From assembly GCA_963666345.1 (NCBI GenBank), contig OY762721.1:3168001-3232000 (forward strand): a stretch of 64,000 nt of DNA, written 5' to 3'. This DNA comes from Desulfatiglandales bacterium (GTDB lineage Bacteria > Desulfobacterota > DSM-4660 > Desulfatiglandales > Desulfatiglandaceae). Both the position numbers and the translations under genes were made by a program. A model generated the notes under the pieces. That model was not told where the DNA came from and searched no databases. It saw nothing but the letters and a program-made list of their open reading frames with translations. Shown in pieces: positions 19,977 through 29,648 of the stretch. The first letter of the stretch is position 1. Each line of letters starts with the position of its first letter.

Positions 19977-21164
19977 ATGAAAAAGAGAATTTTTTTTCCG
20001 GCAGTAGTTGCGCTATTGGTCTTTAGCTTGGCGATACTCGGTTTTTCAGCTTCACCATGTCAGGCCAAGCAGAAGGTAATCAAGTGGCGGGTTCAGGACA
20101 CCTTTGCCGCTGGAATCGCGCTTTCATGGAGCGGTGAGATCCTGGCAAAGACGCTGGAGGATATCGTCCAAACCCCCAATTACCGTCTTGAGGTGGATTA
20201 CCATTACGGTTCGGAACTTTTCCCCATGGCTGAGACCTTTGAAGCGGCAAGAACCGGCGCGCTTGATGCGGCCATCGGCTGGCCGGGTTTTCTGAAGGGT
20301 CTCAACAGTGCCTTAACCTTATTCGGCTCTTTTCCATGCTCGATGACTCCTGAAGACTATGCAATATGGTATTACTATGGCGGCGGCAGGGAACTGGCAA
20401 ACGAGGTCTACGGCAAATACAACATGAAGCCCTTTGCAGCTGGCGGAGGCAGCATTGAAGGCGGACTTTGGTCGCACCACGAAGTAAAGAAACCTGCCGA
20501 TTTTAAAGGCCTTAAGATCAGATGCCCCGGGTTCAGTGAGGATATCCTTACCATGCTGGGGGCGACAACAATGGCCATAAGTCCTGATGAGATATATCTG
20601 GCGGTTGACAGAAAGGTCGTGGACGCGGCGGAGTTTACGTTCCCCTGCGGCGATCTGTCCATCTCCCTGCACGAAGTCGCCGATTATCTGATCGTTCCGG
20701 CCTGGTGGCAGACATATATGATCACCCTGCTTGCCGTGAACACGGACACCTGGAACAGACTTCCCGATGAATTAAAACCTCTTGTTGAGTATGCCACCAA
20801 GGCGTCATACATGGTCGCATATTCAAAATGGGAATATTCTAATATCAAGGCGGTCAAAACGTTTCAGAAGGCGGGCACAAAGATTACAAAACTGGATAGC
20901 CAGACCATAGAAGAACTTGAAAAATTGACAGTCAAACTGGCGGAATCGGAAGCAGCAAAGAATCCCGATTTCCTCAAAGCTGCCAAGTCCATGTACAATT
21001 TTCTCAAAGGCTACGGAGAGTGGCGGGCAATGGCGAAACCTTACGGACAGGGCAAGGTTCACAAATACTTTCCCAAGTTTGTGGATGAAAATCCAACCTT
21101 TGAATGGATCACAGACAAGACCGATCCGAAGTACTATGCTATTTTTGAAAAAGGGGCAAAATAG
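19977..21164 (+). CDS. dctP: TRAP transporter substrate-binding protein (DctP/TakP-like)
   Basis: Signal peptide, 'IKWRVQ', 'DFKGLKIR', 'DAAEF..P..D'. Confidence 0.9.
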   Translation: MKKRIFFPAVVALLVFSLAILGFSASPCQAKQKVIKWRVQDTFAAGIALSWSGEILAKTLEDIVQTPNYRLEVDYHYGSELFPMAETFEAARTGALDAAIGWPGFLKGLNSALTLFGSFPCSMTPEDYAIWYYYGGGRELANEVYGKYNMKPFAAGGGSIEGGLWSHHEVKKPADFKGLKIRCPGFSEDILTMLGATTMAISPDEIYLAVDRKVVDAAEFTFPCGDLSISLHEVADYLIVPAWWQTYMITLLAVNTDTWNRLPDELKPLVEYATKASYMVAYSKWEYSNIKAVKTFQKAGTKITKLDSQTIEELEKLTVKLAESEAAKNPDFLKAAKSMYNFLKGYGEWRAMAKPYGQGKVHKYFPKFVDENPTFEWITDKTDPKYYAIFEKGAK

Positions 21165-21217
21165 GATTCTTTGAAATCATTGTTTAAATAAACAGATTCA
21201 ATGTAAGACATTAAGTA

Positions 21218-21263
21218 TCCCCGGCGGGCGGGGAGCTCGGACTCCCCGCCCACATTCCGGGGA
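21218..21263 (+). other. GC-rich intercistronic stem-loop after dctP
   Basis: TCCCCGG..GGGCGGGGAG / CTCCCCGCCC..CCGGGGA inverted repeat. Confidence 0.5.
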
Positions 21264-21304
21264 GGCTCAGCATTGCATCCTAAAACATTTAAGAGAGGAA
21301 TATA

Positions 21305-22147
21305 ATGCAGGTACGGACTACGACAATATCTGAAAATTCCGCAAGCTGGCTGGGAATGCTTGCAGAATGGGGTTTGAGCATCCTGGTGGAAGCCGATGAC
21401 AGTACAATCCTGGTGGATACCGGAGGAGGCATGGTTGCGGCCCATAACGCGCTTTTTATGGACATCGATCTGTCTAAGATTGATAAAATACTTTTCAGCC
21501 ATGGTCATGAGGACCATACGGGCGGACTACTGAACTTATTAAGACTTCGTAAAAAGCCGATCGAGATAATTGCCCATCCTGACGTATGGGATCTGAAGTA
21601 TTGGAAAACATCGGAAAAGGAGGATTTCGGTTATATCGGTATCCCCTATCCCCGGGAAATGGCCGAGAGCCTGGGCGCTTCCTTTAATTTGACGGCCGAA
21701 CCGGTTTGGATCACAGACAATATCGTTACAAGCGGCGAAGTTCCTATGGTGACTGAGTATGAGAAGATCGACAACAGCGCCTTTGTCAAGACGGAAGACG
21801 GCTTTGGCCCGGATCCACTCAGAGATGACCAGACCCTGTTTATCAAATCCGATAAGGGCCTTATAATAGTGTCGGGTTGCGCCCACAGAGGTATCATCAA
21901 CACAATCAAGCATGCCCAGAAACTGACAGGTTGTGACGATGTCTATGCGGTCATAGGAGGCATTCATCTGTTCGGTGCCTCTAAGGAACGACTCGATCGG
22001 ACAGTCGAGGAATTCAGGCGGCTGGATATAAAGAAAATAGGGGTATCTCACTGCACAGGTCCATATGCCGGCGCTGTTCTTTCCCAGGAGTTTAAAGACA
22101 GGTTCTTTTTCAATCTTTCAGGTACTTCTACCGTTTTTCAGGTCTAA
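21305..22147 (+). CDS. MBL-fold metallo-hydrolase (MJ0448/MJ0301-like)
   Basis: 'EWGLS', 'DTG', SHGHEDH, GCAH, GGIHL, HCTG. Confidence 0.9.
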   Translation: MQVRTTTISENSASWLGMLAEWGLSILVEADDSTILVDTGGGMVAAHNALFMDIDLSKIDKILFSHGHEDHTGGLLNLLRLRKKPIEIIAHPDVWDLKYWKTSEKEDFGYIGIPYPREMAESLGASFNLTAEPVWITDNIVTSGEVPMVTEYEKIDNSAFVKTEDGFGPDPLRDDQTLFIKSDKGLIIVSGCAHRGIINTIKHAQKLTGCDDVYAVIGGIHLFGASKERLDRTVEEFRRLDIKKIGVSHCTGPYAGAVLSQEFKDRFFFNLSGTSTVFQV

Positions 22148-22189
22148 GAACTACCGGTTTTGAGTATGTTTATTTTAGAAGGGGTTAAT

Positions 22190-22702
22190 ATGGAAATACT
22201 TCGTATCATTGCAGACAAAATTGACTCCATAAATGAATGGATAGGAAAAATCAGTCAGTGGGGGATAGTGGTACTTGTGACGGTATTCATTATCGAATCC
22301 GTACTTAGAAAGGTTTTTTCAGCGCCACAGATATGGTTTACAGAGACTTCCTATTTTATTTACGGTTACTATATGATGTTCGGGTCCGTCTATACCCTGC
22401 TTCATAAAGGGCATGTGGGCATCGACCTGTTTTCTGAAAAGCTTCCCGAAAAAGGGAGGCACCTGCTGTCAATAACATGCTACCTCGTGTTTACCTGTGT
22501 GTTCGCTTTAGCCATGATAAAGGGGGGGATACCCATCGCCGTCAAATCATGGCAGGCAATGGAACAGGGTCACAGTGTATGGCGTCCTCCTATCGCTCAT
22601 TTCAGAACCGTAATCCCCGTGGCTTTTTTCTTTTTGCTCATACAGGGGATCTCCTCAATCCTAAAACACATAGTTGCACTCAAAGGGACGAGTTATGAAT
22701 GA
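22190..22702 (+). CDS. dctQ: TRAP transporter small permease (DctQ)
   Basis: 4 TM helices, 'GHVGID'. Confidence 0.9.
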   Translation: MEILRIIADKIDSINEWIGKISQWGIVVLVTVFIIESVLRKVFSAPQIWFTETSYFIYGYYMMFGSVYTLLHKGHVGIDLFSEKLPEKGRHLLSITCYLVFTCVFALAMIKGGIPIAVKSWQAMEQGHSVWRPPIAHFRTVIPVAFFFLLIQGISSILKHIVALKGTSYE

Positions 22703-24011
22703 TAATCTATTTCTGGCTGTTATCGGAGTAATAACTATAGGTAGCCTTTTCCTCGGCCACCCTGTCGCCCTCACCTTCGGCGGACTCGGTATAATACTGG
22801 GGCTTATTTTCATCGGGCCTGCAGCCTTGCCCATAGCGATAACCAAGACCTATTCCGTAATGGTGAGCTTTCCTCTTATCGCTATTCCCCTTTTCATCTT
22901 TATGGCCTATATACTGGAAAAATCGGGTGTGGCAAAAATCATGTTTGACGGAATACGGGAGCTGGTTGCGCCCATTCACGGAGGGCTCGCCATTGCCGTT
23001 ACCATAGTCTGCACCGTCTTTGCCGCGAGCACGGGAATTATCGGGGCTTCGATCGTCAGCATGGGTGTGCTGGCAGGGCCTTATCTGCTCGAACATGGCT
23101 ATGACAAGAAATTGACTGTCGGAACGATCATGGCGGGAGGGACCCTGGGGATTTTGATCCCTCCCAGTTTGCTTCTGATAGTTCTTGGAGCGGTGGCAGG
23201 GATCTCCGTTGGTCAGCTTTTTATAGGGGCTATAGGCCCGGGCCTTTTACTTTCAGCGCTTTACGTCATCTATATATATGTAAGATGCAGAATTAATCCT
23301 CAAATGGGGCCGCCTGTGCCAAAGGAAGAGATCGGGCCCCTGAAAGATCGTCTCAGGGTAGGGCTGAAAAGTGTAACACCTCCGATCCTTCTCATGTCCG
23401 TTGTCCTTGGTTCCATCTTCTTCGGTATTGCGACTCCATCCGAGGCGGGGGCGATCGGGGCATTCGCCGCAATGATACTGGCACTCTGTTACCGAAAACT
23501 TACGATTGCCAATCTCTACTATGCCACCACCGCAACGGTCAAGACCTCATGTATGGTGCTTTTCATTATTGTAGGGGTTAATATCTTCTCGGCCATGTTT
23601 ATGGCAATGGGATGCGGCAAGACCCTGGGAACCCTTTATATGGCCCTGGGAAGTAAATGGATGTTTTTTGCCCTTACAATGGCACTTATTTATCTGCTTG
23701 GAATGATAATTGACTGGACGGCTATTCTGATGCTTCTCATTCCGATATTTTTCCCGATAGCTCAAAAAATATACGGACTGGATCCCTTCTGGTTCGGGAT
23801 GCTGGTTGCGGTCAATCTTCAGGTTTCCTTTTTGTCGCCGCCTTTCGGTTATGCCCTGTTTTTCATGAAATCCCTGAAATTGCCGGGGGTGACCCTGGGG
23901 GATATCTACAAAGGTTCTGTCCCCTTTATCGGGTTGCAGATTGTGGGGTTGATCCTGATTGCAATGTTCCCCGGACTTGTTACATATCTGACGGATCTGG
24001 CATTTAAATAG
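22695..24011 (+). CDS. dctM: TRAP transporter large permease (DctM)
   Basis: 'GGTLGILIPPS', 'TPSEAGAIG', 'LSPPFG'. Confidence 0.95.
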   Translation: MNDNLFLAVIGVITIGSLFLGHPVALTFGGLGIILGLIFIGPAALPIAITKTYSVMVSFPLIAIPLFIFMAYILEKSGVAKIMFDGIRELVAPIHGGLAIAVTIVCTVFAASTGIIGASIVSMGVLAGPYLLEHGYDKKLTVGTIMAGGTLGILIPPSLLLIVLGAVAGISVGQLFIGAIGPGLLLSALYVIYIYVRCRINPQMGPPVPKEEIGPLKDRLRVGLKSVTPPILLMSVVLGSIFFGIATPSEAGAIGAFAAMILALCYRKLTIANLYYATTATVKTSCMVLFIIVGVNIFSAMFMAMGCGKTLGTLYMALGSKWMFFALTMALIYLLGMIIDWTAILMLLIPIFFPIAQKIYGLDPFWFGMLVAVNLQVSFLSPPFGYALFFMKSLKLPGVTLGDIYKGSVPFIGLQIVGLILIAMFPGLVTYLTDLAFK

Positions 24012-24060
24012 GCATTAACGCTATGAAATGATTAATGATCTGAAGTTTATCTTTTCGTTC

Positions 24061-24091
24061 AAAAAAGGCAGGGGCTAACCCTGCCTTTTTT
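24061..24091. terminator. Bidirectional rho-independent terminator
   Basis: A6-GGCAGGG/CCCTGCC-T6. Confidence 0.8.
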
Positions 24092-24177
24092 GTCCGGGAC
24101 AGTGGCCAATATGCCAAAAGGCCCCTTCCGCAGGGAAAACCAAGGCTTATGGAAAGAAGACAAGCAGAACGGAGTTT

Positions 24178-24465
24178 CTAGGTGGGATCGGTATAATGCC
24201 TTGAAACCATTTTTATATGATGCCGGCAAGGTCCATCAGGCCGTTTTTCCTTTGGCAGGGAATTGATCTCGGGATCAAATCTGTCGAATCTGTCGGAATC
24301 TCTTTCATTTTTTGGAATAAACATCAGTCTTGTGGAACTTAACTCAATGACCTTGTAATCATACCTGTAAGGACTGATGTCTATTCCTGAAAATCTTTTT
24401 CTTTTGCCATCTGAGCGCTCTTTTTCCGGGATACCGGAATCTGTCCTGTTTTCATGCCTTGACAT
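24178..24465 (-). CDS. Hypothetical protein (95 aa)
   Basis: Starts 12 nt after the upstream small ORF; no recognisable domain. Confidence 0.4.
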   Translation of the reverse strand: MSRHENRTDSGIPEKERSDGKRKRFSGIDISPYRYDYKVIELSSTRLMFIPKNERDSDRFDRFDPEINSLPKEKRPDGPCRHHIKMVSRHYTDPT

Positions 24466-24477
24466 AAGATGTGCCTT

Positions 24478-24657
24478 TTACTGGGTAAGATTTTTCTCTT
24501 TCAGCAGTTTGATCAGGTGTTCAATCATGGAGCGCCTCATTTCCGGAGAAAGTCTTAGAGCCCTGTTGAGCACGTATATGCTGCATTTCAATGCCTCTTC
24601 CCTGGTCTTGTTTGCCTCATTTACGGCCTTTGAAAATGCGTAGAAATCGACGTCCAT
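24478..24657 (-). CDS. Small hypothetical protein (59 aa, missed by the ORF track)
   Basis: AAAGGAG RBS; MDVDFYAFSKAVNEANKTREEALKCSIYVLNRALRLSPEMRRSMIEHLIKLLKEKNLTQ*, helical character. Confidence 0.6.
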   Translation of the reverse strand: MDVDFYAFSKAVNEANKTREEALKCSIYVLNRALRLSPEMRRSMIEHLIKLLKEKNLTQ

Positions 24658-24702
24658 ACAATCTCCTTTTGAGTTTAATGGCCTTCAGCAAAAATATATC
24701 TT

Positions 24703-24844
24703 TCAATAAATGTGCCAAATTGTGTGATATTAGAAAAAAAGCCATAAATTAAGTTAGTTGGGTGGTCTGAAGTTATGGAAGTTGTTTCACTGAAAATAGG
24801 CGCGATGCACATTTTAGTGTGCATTGCGCACTGAAAAATGTGCA
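24703..24844 (-). promoter_or_regulatory. Putative sigma54 promoter with upstream enhancer-binding-protein sites
   Basis: Minus strand TTGGCAC-N5-TTGA (24703-24718); two GCAC-N8-GTGC palindromes at 24805-24824 and 24826-24844. Confidence 0.55.
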
Positions 24845-25248
24845 AAAAGTGCATGCTCATTAAAGGAATGCTTTTGAAGGAGGCTGGAGAATCTCTTAAT
24901 AATTTGCAATAAATTGAGATCGATAAAAATTTGATTTTTTTAGAAAATTATGCTGTAAATATTAGGGATATTGACCTTTATTAAATCATTCTCGCCTCTT
25001 AAAACCTGACTTTGGTAATAAGAAATAGGTGCAACACCTGGGACACCTTTTTGGAGTTCCGCTTATCAGCTGTACTATTATCTCTAATGAATAACGTCTT
25101 GTGCTTTCTTTTTTGAAATTATTCTATGAGGAACGTTAAACCCCTCATAATACTGGTGAGCCGGAGGTAGCTTTCCAAATGTCCTGAGTAATAGTTGGGC
25201 TTGTATAATCAATCGTATTTCAATGTTTCACGTTTGGAGCAAGGGAAA

Positions 25249-27414
25249 ATGTATGAGTTCAAGTATTCCAACATTGAAAGGGAGATGAAGGTCTATGGTT
25301 ATGATTCAGTAACGAAGAGTCATTGCCGGATGTGTCATGGCGGGTGCGGGGTTCTTGTCTACGTGAAGGACGACAAAGTTGCAAAGATCGCGGGTGATCC
25401 TGACTGCCCGATCAATCACGGCACCCTATGCAGCAAAGGAATCGCATCCGCGCAGCTTGCCTATCACCCTGACCGGATCACCTATCCGGTCAAAAGGATG
25501 GGGGCCAAGGGGAGCGGCAGATGGAAACGGATCTCCTGGGATGAGGCCCTCGACCTGATTGCAGCCAGAATCCTTGATTATAAGGATAGATACGGCGCTG
25601 AATCGGTCGTCATGGGATATGGGACAGGAAGGGAGAACGAGGCCGTTATCTATCGTTTTGCAAACCTTCTGGGCAGCCCCAACGTTCTGACCGCAGGTCA
25701 TTTCTGTTACGGCCCCCGGATTGCCACATCCATAATTACCTGTGGTACCAACCCGATCGTGGATTATGAAAACAAGCCCGAATGCATAATGGCCTGGGGA
25801 AGCAACATCGTCATCAGCAACCCCGACGAGTATAAGGGAGAGTCTTTATCCGTTGCTCTGGATAATGGGGCAAGGCTCATTGTAGTGGATCCCAGAATGA
25901 CGCGCCTTGCGGCAAGGGCCGATATATGGCTTCAGCTGAGACCCGGCACCGATGCGGCTCTTGCCCTCGGAATCCTGAATGTTATCATTAATGAAGGTCT
26001 GCATGACAAGGAATTTGTCGAAAATCATGTCCATGGGTGGACTCCTTTTGTGGAACGGGTAAACCAGTACCCTCTTGAGAGGGTGGAAGAAATTACCTGG
26101 GTGCCGAGGGATAAGATAGAGAGAGCTGCACGGGTCTTTGCCTCTGCCGGATCTGCCGCGGTTCAATGGGGTGTCGCCATCGAGCAGCAGGTCAATTGCG
26201 CGGACAATGACAGGCTGCTGGTAGCTATCATGGGGATAACCGGCAACATCGATGCCCCAGGCGGGCAGGTCCTTTTTCAGCAGCCCAAGATCAGGAATGT
26301 GGGCCATTTCGGAGCCCACAGGATACTGCCGGACATTCAACGCGAAAAAAGGCTCGGCGGGGACCGGTTCCGGCTTGGGGGTAACTTTGCCATAATCAAT
26401 CCCAAATGCGTGTGGGACGCCGTTCTGGAAGAAAAGCCCTACCCTGTAAAGATGCTCTTTTTTATAAGTTCAAATCCGCTTATGACCAGGGGAAATGCAA
26501 AAGAGGTCTACCGGGCGCTTGAAAAGGTTGATTTTATGGCGGTGTCCGATTTTTTTATCACGCCAACCGCCGAGATGGCGGACATAGTCCTGCCTGCCGC
26601 CACCTGGCTTGAGATGGATTACATAGGTGATTTCTGGAAACGGCACGGGTACATCCTGCCGAGAAGAAAAGTGGTTCAGGTGGGGGAGTGCCGCTCGGAC
26701 CATGAGATGCTCAATGACCTGGCGCACAGGGTAGGGCAGGGTGAGCAGTGGTGGGATAATTTTGAACAGGCACTTGACTGGATACTGGAGCCGCTTGACA
26801 TTACATGGCAGGATTTCAAGAAAATGGACTACCTGAGAGGGGAGGTCGTCAACCTGAAATACAGGGAAAGAGGATTTTCGACCCCTTCACGAAAGCTGGA
26901 GCTCTACTCCACGAGCTTAGAAAAATTGGGGTATGACCCCCTGCCTCAATTCAGGGAACCACCTGAAAGTCCTTACAGTACACCTGAATTATATAAGAAA
27001 TTCTCCTATATCCTGATCACCGGGCGAAGGCTTCCGGGTTTTTTTCATTCAGAGAACAGGCAACTGCCATGGATGCGGGAACTCCATAGAGATCCAGTGG
27101 TTGAAATCCATCCTGAAGCGGCTGAAAAGGAAGGTATTAAAGAGGGCCAGTGGGTGATAATCGAATCCCCCCGCGGCAGGATAAGGCAAAGGGCGAAACT
27201 TTTTGCCGGGATGGACAAAAGGGTCATATCCGCCGAGCATGGCTGGTGGTTTCCGGAGCAAAAGGACCCGAGTCATGGCTGGCAAGAGTCAAACGTGAAC
27301 ATCCTGACCGACAATGCCTATGAGGCGTGTGATCCGGCAATGGGCGCAACGCATGTGAGGACGCTTCTCTGCAGGGTGTATCCTGAAGAGGCAAAAAAAG
27401 GAGACACGGCATGA
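25249..27414 (+). CDS. Mo/W-bisPGD oxidoreductase, DMSO reductase superfamily (acetylene-hydratase-like group)
   Basis: CRMCHGGC...LCSKG 4Fe-4S motif, 'HFCYGP' Cys ligand, 'TPTAEMADIVLPAATWLE', 'FHSE', C-terminal MopB_CT; no Tat signal. Confidence 0.9.
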   Translation: MYEFKYSNIEREMKVYGYDSVTKSHCRMCHGGCGVLVYVKDDKVAKIAGDPDCPINHGTLCSKGIASAQLAYHPDRITYPVKRMGAKGSGRWKRISWDEALDLIAARILDYKDRYGAESVVMGYGTGRENEAVIYRFANLLGSPNVLTAGHFCYGPRIATSIITCGTNPIVDYENKPECIMAWGSNIVISNPDEYKGESLSVALDNGARLIVVDPRMTRLAARADIWLQLRPGTDAALALGILNVIINEGLHDKEFVENHVHGWTPFVERVNQYPLERVEEITWVPRDKIERAARVFASAGSAAVQWGVAIEQQVNCADNDRLLVAIMGITGNIDAPGGQVLFQQPKIRNVGHFGAHRILPDIQREKRLGGDRFRLGGNFAIINPKCVWDAVLEEKPYPVKMLFFISSNPLMTRGNAKEVYRALEKVDFMAVSDFFITPTAEMADIVLPAATWLEMDYIGDFWKRHGYILPRRKVVQVGECRSDHEMLNDLAHRVGQGEQWWDNFEQALDWILEPLDITWQDFKKMDYLRGEVVNLKYRERGFSTPSRKLELYSTSLEKLGYDPLPQFREPPESPYSTPELYKKFSYILITGRRLPGFFHSENRQLPWMRELHRDPVVEIHPEAAEKEGIKEGQWVIIESPRGRIRQRAKLFAGMDKRVISAEHGWWFPEQKDPSHGWQESNVNILTDNAYEACDPAMGATHVRTLLCRVYPEEAKKGDTA

Positions 27415-27887
27415 AAAAATTCGTCCTGATTGTCGATCATGAAGCCTGCTGGGGATGCAGGACATGCGAAGTGGCATGCAAACAGGAATTAGATGTGCCT
27501 GATGGAGTCAAATTGATTTCAGTTACCGAAGACAGCCCCAGGATGGTTGACGGCCGTCCGGAGTTTGTATTTCGCGTTAATATCTGCAGACACTGCGATG
27601 ATCCCCCATGCGCAGCAGTATGCCCTGAAGAGGCGATAGAAAAAAGAGAAGACGGAATCGTTATAATGAACTATGACAGATGCACGGGTTGCCGGGCGTG
27701 CATCGAGGAGTGTACTTATGATGCCATCTCTTTTGACGGAGACAAGGGCATCGCCCAGAAGTGCAATCTCTGTTATCACAGGGTTGATGCAGGTTTGATC
27801 CCTGCATGTGCGGACAATGTCTGCCTTGCCCACTGTATCTATTTCGGTGATCCGGATGAGATGAAAATCAGGCACAAGCCGGATTAA
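27411..27887 (+). CDS. 4Fe-4S dicluster electron-transfer subunit (DmsB-like)
   Basis: CWGCRTCEVAC, CRHCDDPPC...CP, CTGCRAC...C, KCNLC; ATGA overlap with the oxidoreductase. Confidence 0.93.
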   Translation: MKKFVLIVDHEACWGCRTCEVACKQELDVPDGVKLISVTEDSPRMVDGRPEFVFRVNICRHCDDPPCAAVCPEEAIEKREDGIVIMNYDRCTGCRACIEECTYDAISFDGDKGIAQKCNLCYHRVDAGLIPACADNVCLAHCIYFGDPDEMKIRHKPD

Positions 27888-27894
27888 TGTTTTC

Positions 27895-28116
27895 TTATAT
27901 CGTCTCCCTGACTACTTCTTCGATCTGGTTGGCATTCATAATGCCGAGATCCAGCAGTATCTCTCCTACCTGGCGGTGGGCCTCGAACTGTACATCCTCT
28001 CGAATCTGAATGGAAATTGCCTTTATGAGATCTTCCTCCGTGATAAATCCCTTTTTAATAGCGATGAGTCCGAAGCGTTTCTCGTAATGTTTTATCCCTT
28101 TTGGCTTATCGGTCAT
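27895..28116 (-). CDS. Stand-alone MshEN-like (c-di-GMP-binding fold) small protein
   Basis: 'RFGLIAIKKGFITEEDLIKAISIQ' and 'VGEILLDLGIMNANQIEEV' tandem motifs; AAGGAG RBS. Confidence 0.65.
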   Translation of the reverse strand: MTDKPKGIKHYEKRFGLIAIKKGFITEEDLIKAISIQIREDVQFEAHRQVGEILLDLGIMNANQIEEVVRETI

Positions 28117-28311
28117 TAAATGGAACTCCTTTATCAATTTGTCAGTTCGTGTGCGCCGAATTTCCCCTGCTGGCGATATCGGGTTAAGATTCGTCTGCTC
28201 ATGCAGGTCCGGCTTCTTCATCCGATAGAAGTATTGTCGTGTCGTGAGCCTTTCGGCCCCAAACATTAAACAGTCCTTTATGCAGAAGGTGTTCTCAGAT
28301 CGCTCCGGATT

Positions 28312-29244
28312 TCAAGTTGCTAGTTGTTGGGCATTCAACAGGCCGGGTTTAAGTGCCGCATAGGCGATTTTCATCACAGGCGTGGGAACTCCAAGTTCTT
28401 TTCCCAGGCGTACCACGACTCCTATTATCGATTCCAGTTCGCTTATGCCTCCTGCCTCGACATCCCTCTGCATTGAGGGTTTTATACCCGGTGCGCTTTC
28501 ATCAAAGAATGCAAGTGTCTTATCCACGATGTCAGGGTCGAGCATCACGCCCTTCGCATCCGCCACGGCCGCCACTTCCCTCATCGCCTCTCTCAGGATC
28601 TCTCGCGATTCCGGCACATCTTTGTACTCGCCGAATGTCACGCGGGTAAGCGCACCGAGTGTGCTGACCGATGCTATAAAAACGAATTTGGCCCAGATGA
28701 CCTCGGAGATATTATCCACGGTTTCAACCGTAGCGCCTGTGTCTTCAAACAGTTTGCCGACAGCCTGAAGGCGCTGGCTCATGCGTCCGTCAGGCTCACC
28801 CAGTTTTATTCGCCTGAATTTACTGTATTGCCTGATAACTCCGGGTGACTCAATAGCGGCCGAGACCCATGTGGCTCCCCCCAGAAGGTGTTCATCGCCC
28901 AGTATGGCCCCTGTTCGCTTCAAAGAATCAACCCCGTTCTGGAATGATAAGACCGAGGTGTCAGGCTCAACTATCGGCATGATAAGCCTTGCAGCCTCCT
29001 CTGTGTGATATGTCTTTATGGTGAATAAAACCAGATCCACAGGCTCTATTTCTTTTGGGTTGTCGGTTGCCCTGGCAGGAGAAACAAGAAAATCACCATA
29101 CACGCTTTTTATCTGAAGACCTTTCTCGCAAATGGCCTTAAGATGTGCACCACGCGCAATGAATGTGACATCATGGCCCGAGCGGGCCAGCATGCCCCCG
29201 TAATAACCTCCCACACCGCCGGTCCCCATGATTGCGATTTTCAT
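28312..29244 (-). CDS. panE: 2-dehydropantoate 2-reductase family protein
   Basis: GTGGVGG Rossmann motif, 'QNGV', 'W.KF', 'PSMQRD', 'E...I.G'. Confidence 0.9.
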   Translation of the reverse strand: MKIAIMGTGGVGGYYGGMLARSGHDVTFIARGAHLKAICEKGLQIKSVYGDFLVSPARATDNPKEIEPVDLVLFTIKTYHTEEAARLIMPIVEPDTSVLSFQNGVDSLKRTGAILGDEHLLGGATWVSAAIESPGVIRQYSKFRRIKLGEPDGRMSQRLQAVGKLFEDTGATVETVDNISEVIWAKFVFIASVSTLGALTRVTFGEYKDVPESREILREAMREVAAVADAKGVMLDPDIVDKTLAFFDESAPGIKPSMQRDVEAGGISELESIIGVVVRLGKELGVPTPVMKIAYAALKPGLLNAQQLAT

Positions 29245-29648
29245 ACTGCCTCCATTTTTTAATGACTTCTTTTTTTGAAACCAAAGCTATCCGTGCCATT
29301 GATCTCTCGGCCGGTATTTTAATCGGGCCGGGAAAATATGTTCCACTATAGCAGAAGAATCTGCAAATGTGGACCATCTCCCGATCAGTCGGTTCAAAAC
29401 AGGGCTGAATAAGGAACCTTCCTTGGTTGAGCAGGGGTGCGGCATGGAAGGGGCCGAAGGGGGATGACCGAGTTATATGTGCTGTGCATCAGGGATGATG
29501 CTGCGGGGGTTACTCAGGGCGTAACTGGACATTTTGCCTATCTGATGTTAAAAAATATTATCGGGCTATGGTATTGATATGGCAAAAGAATAAAATATCG
29601 GCCGGTTCATGACCAAATTCCTGTAGCGATTATCTTAAGAGGAAGTAT

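Noticed and set aside
25249..27414. True acetylene hydratase or a Sec-containing formate dehydrogenase
   Set aside because: His replaces the catalytic Asp; no in-frame UGA and no FDH C/U-H motif
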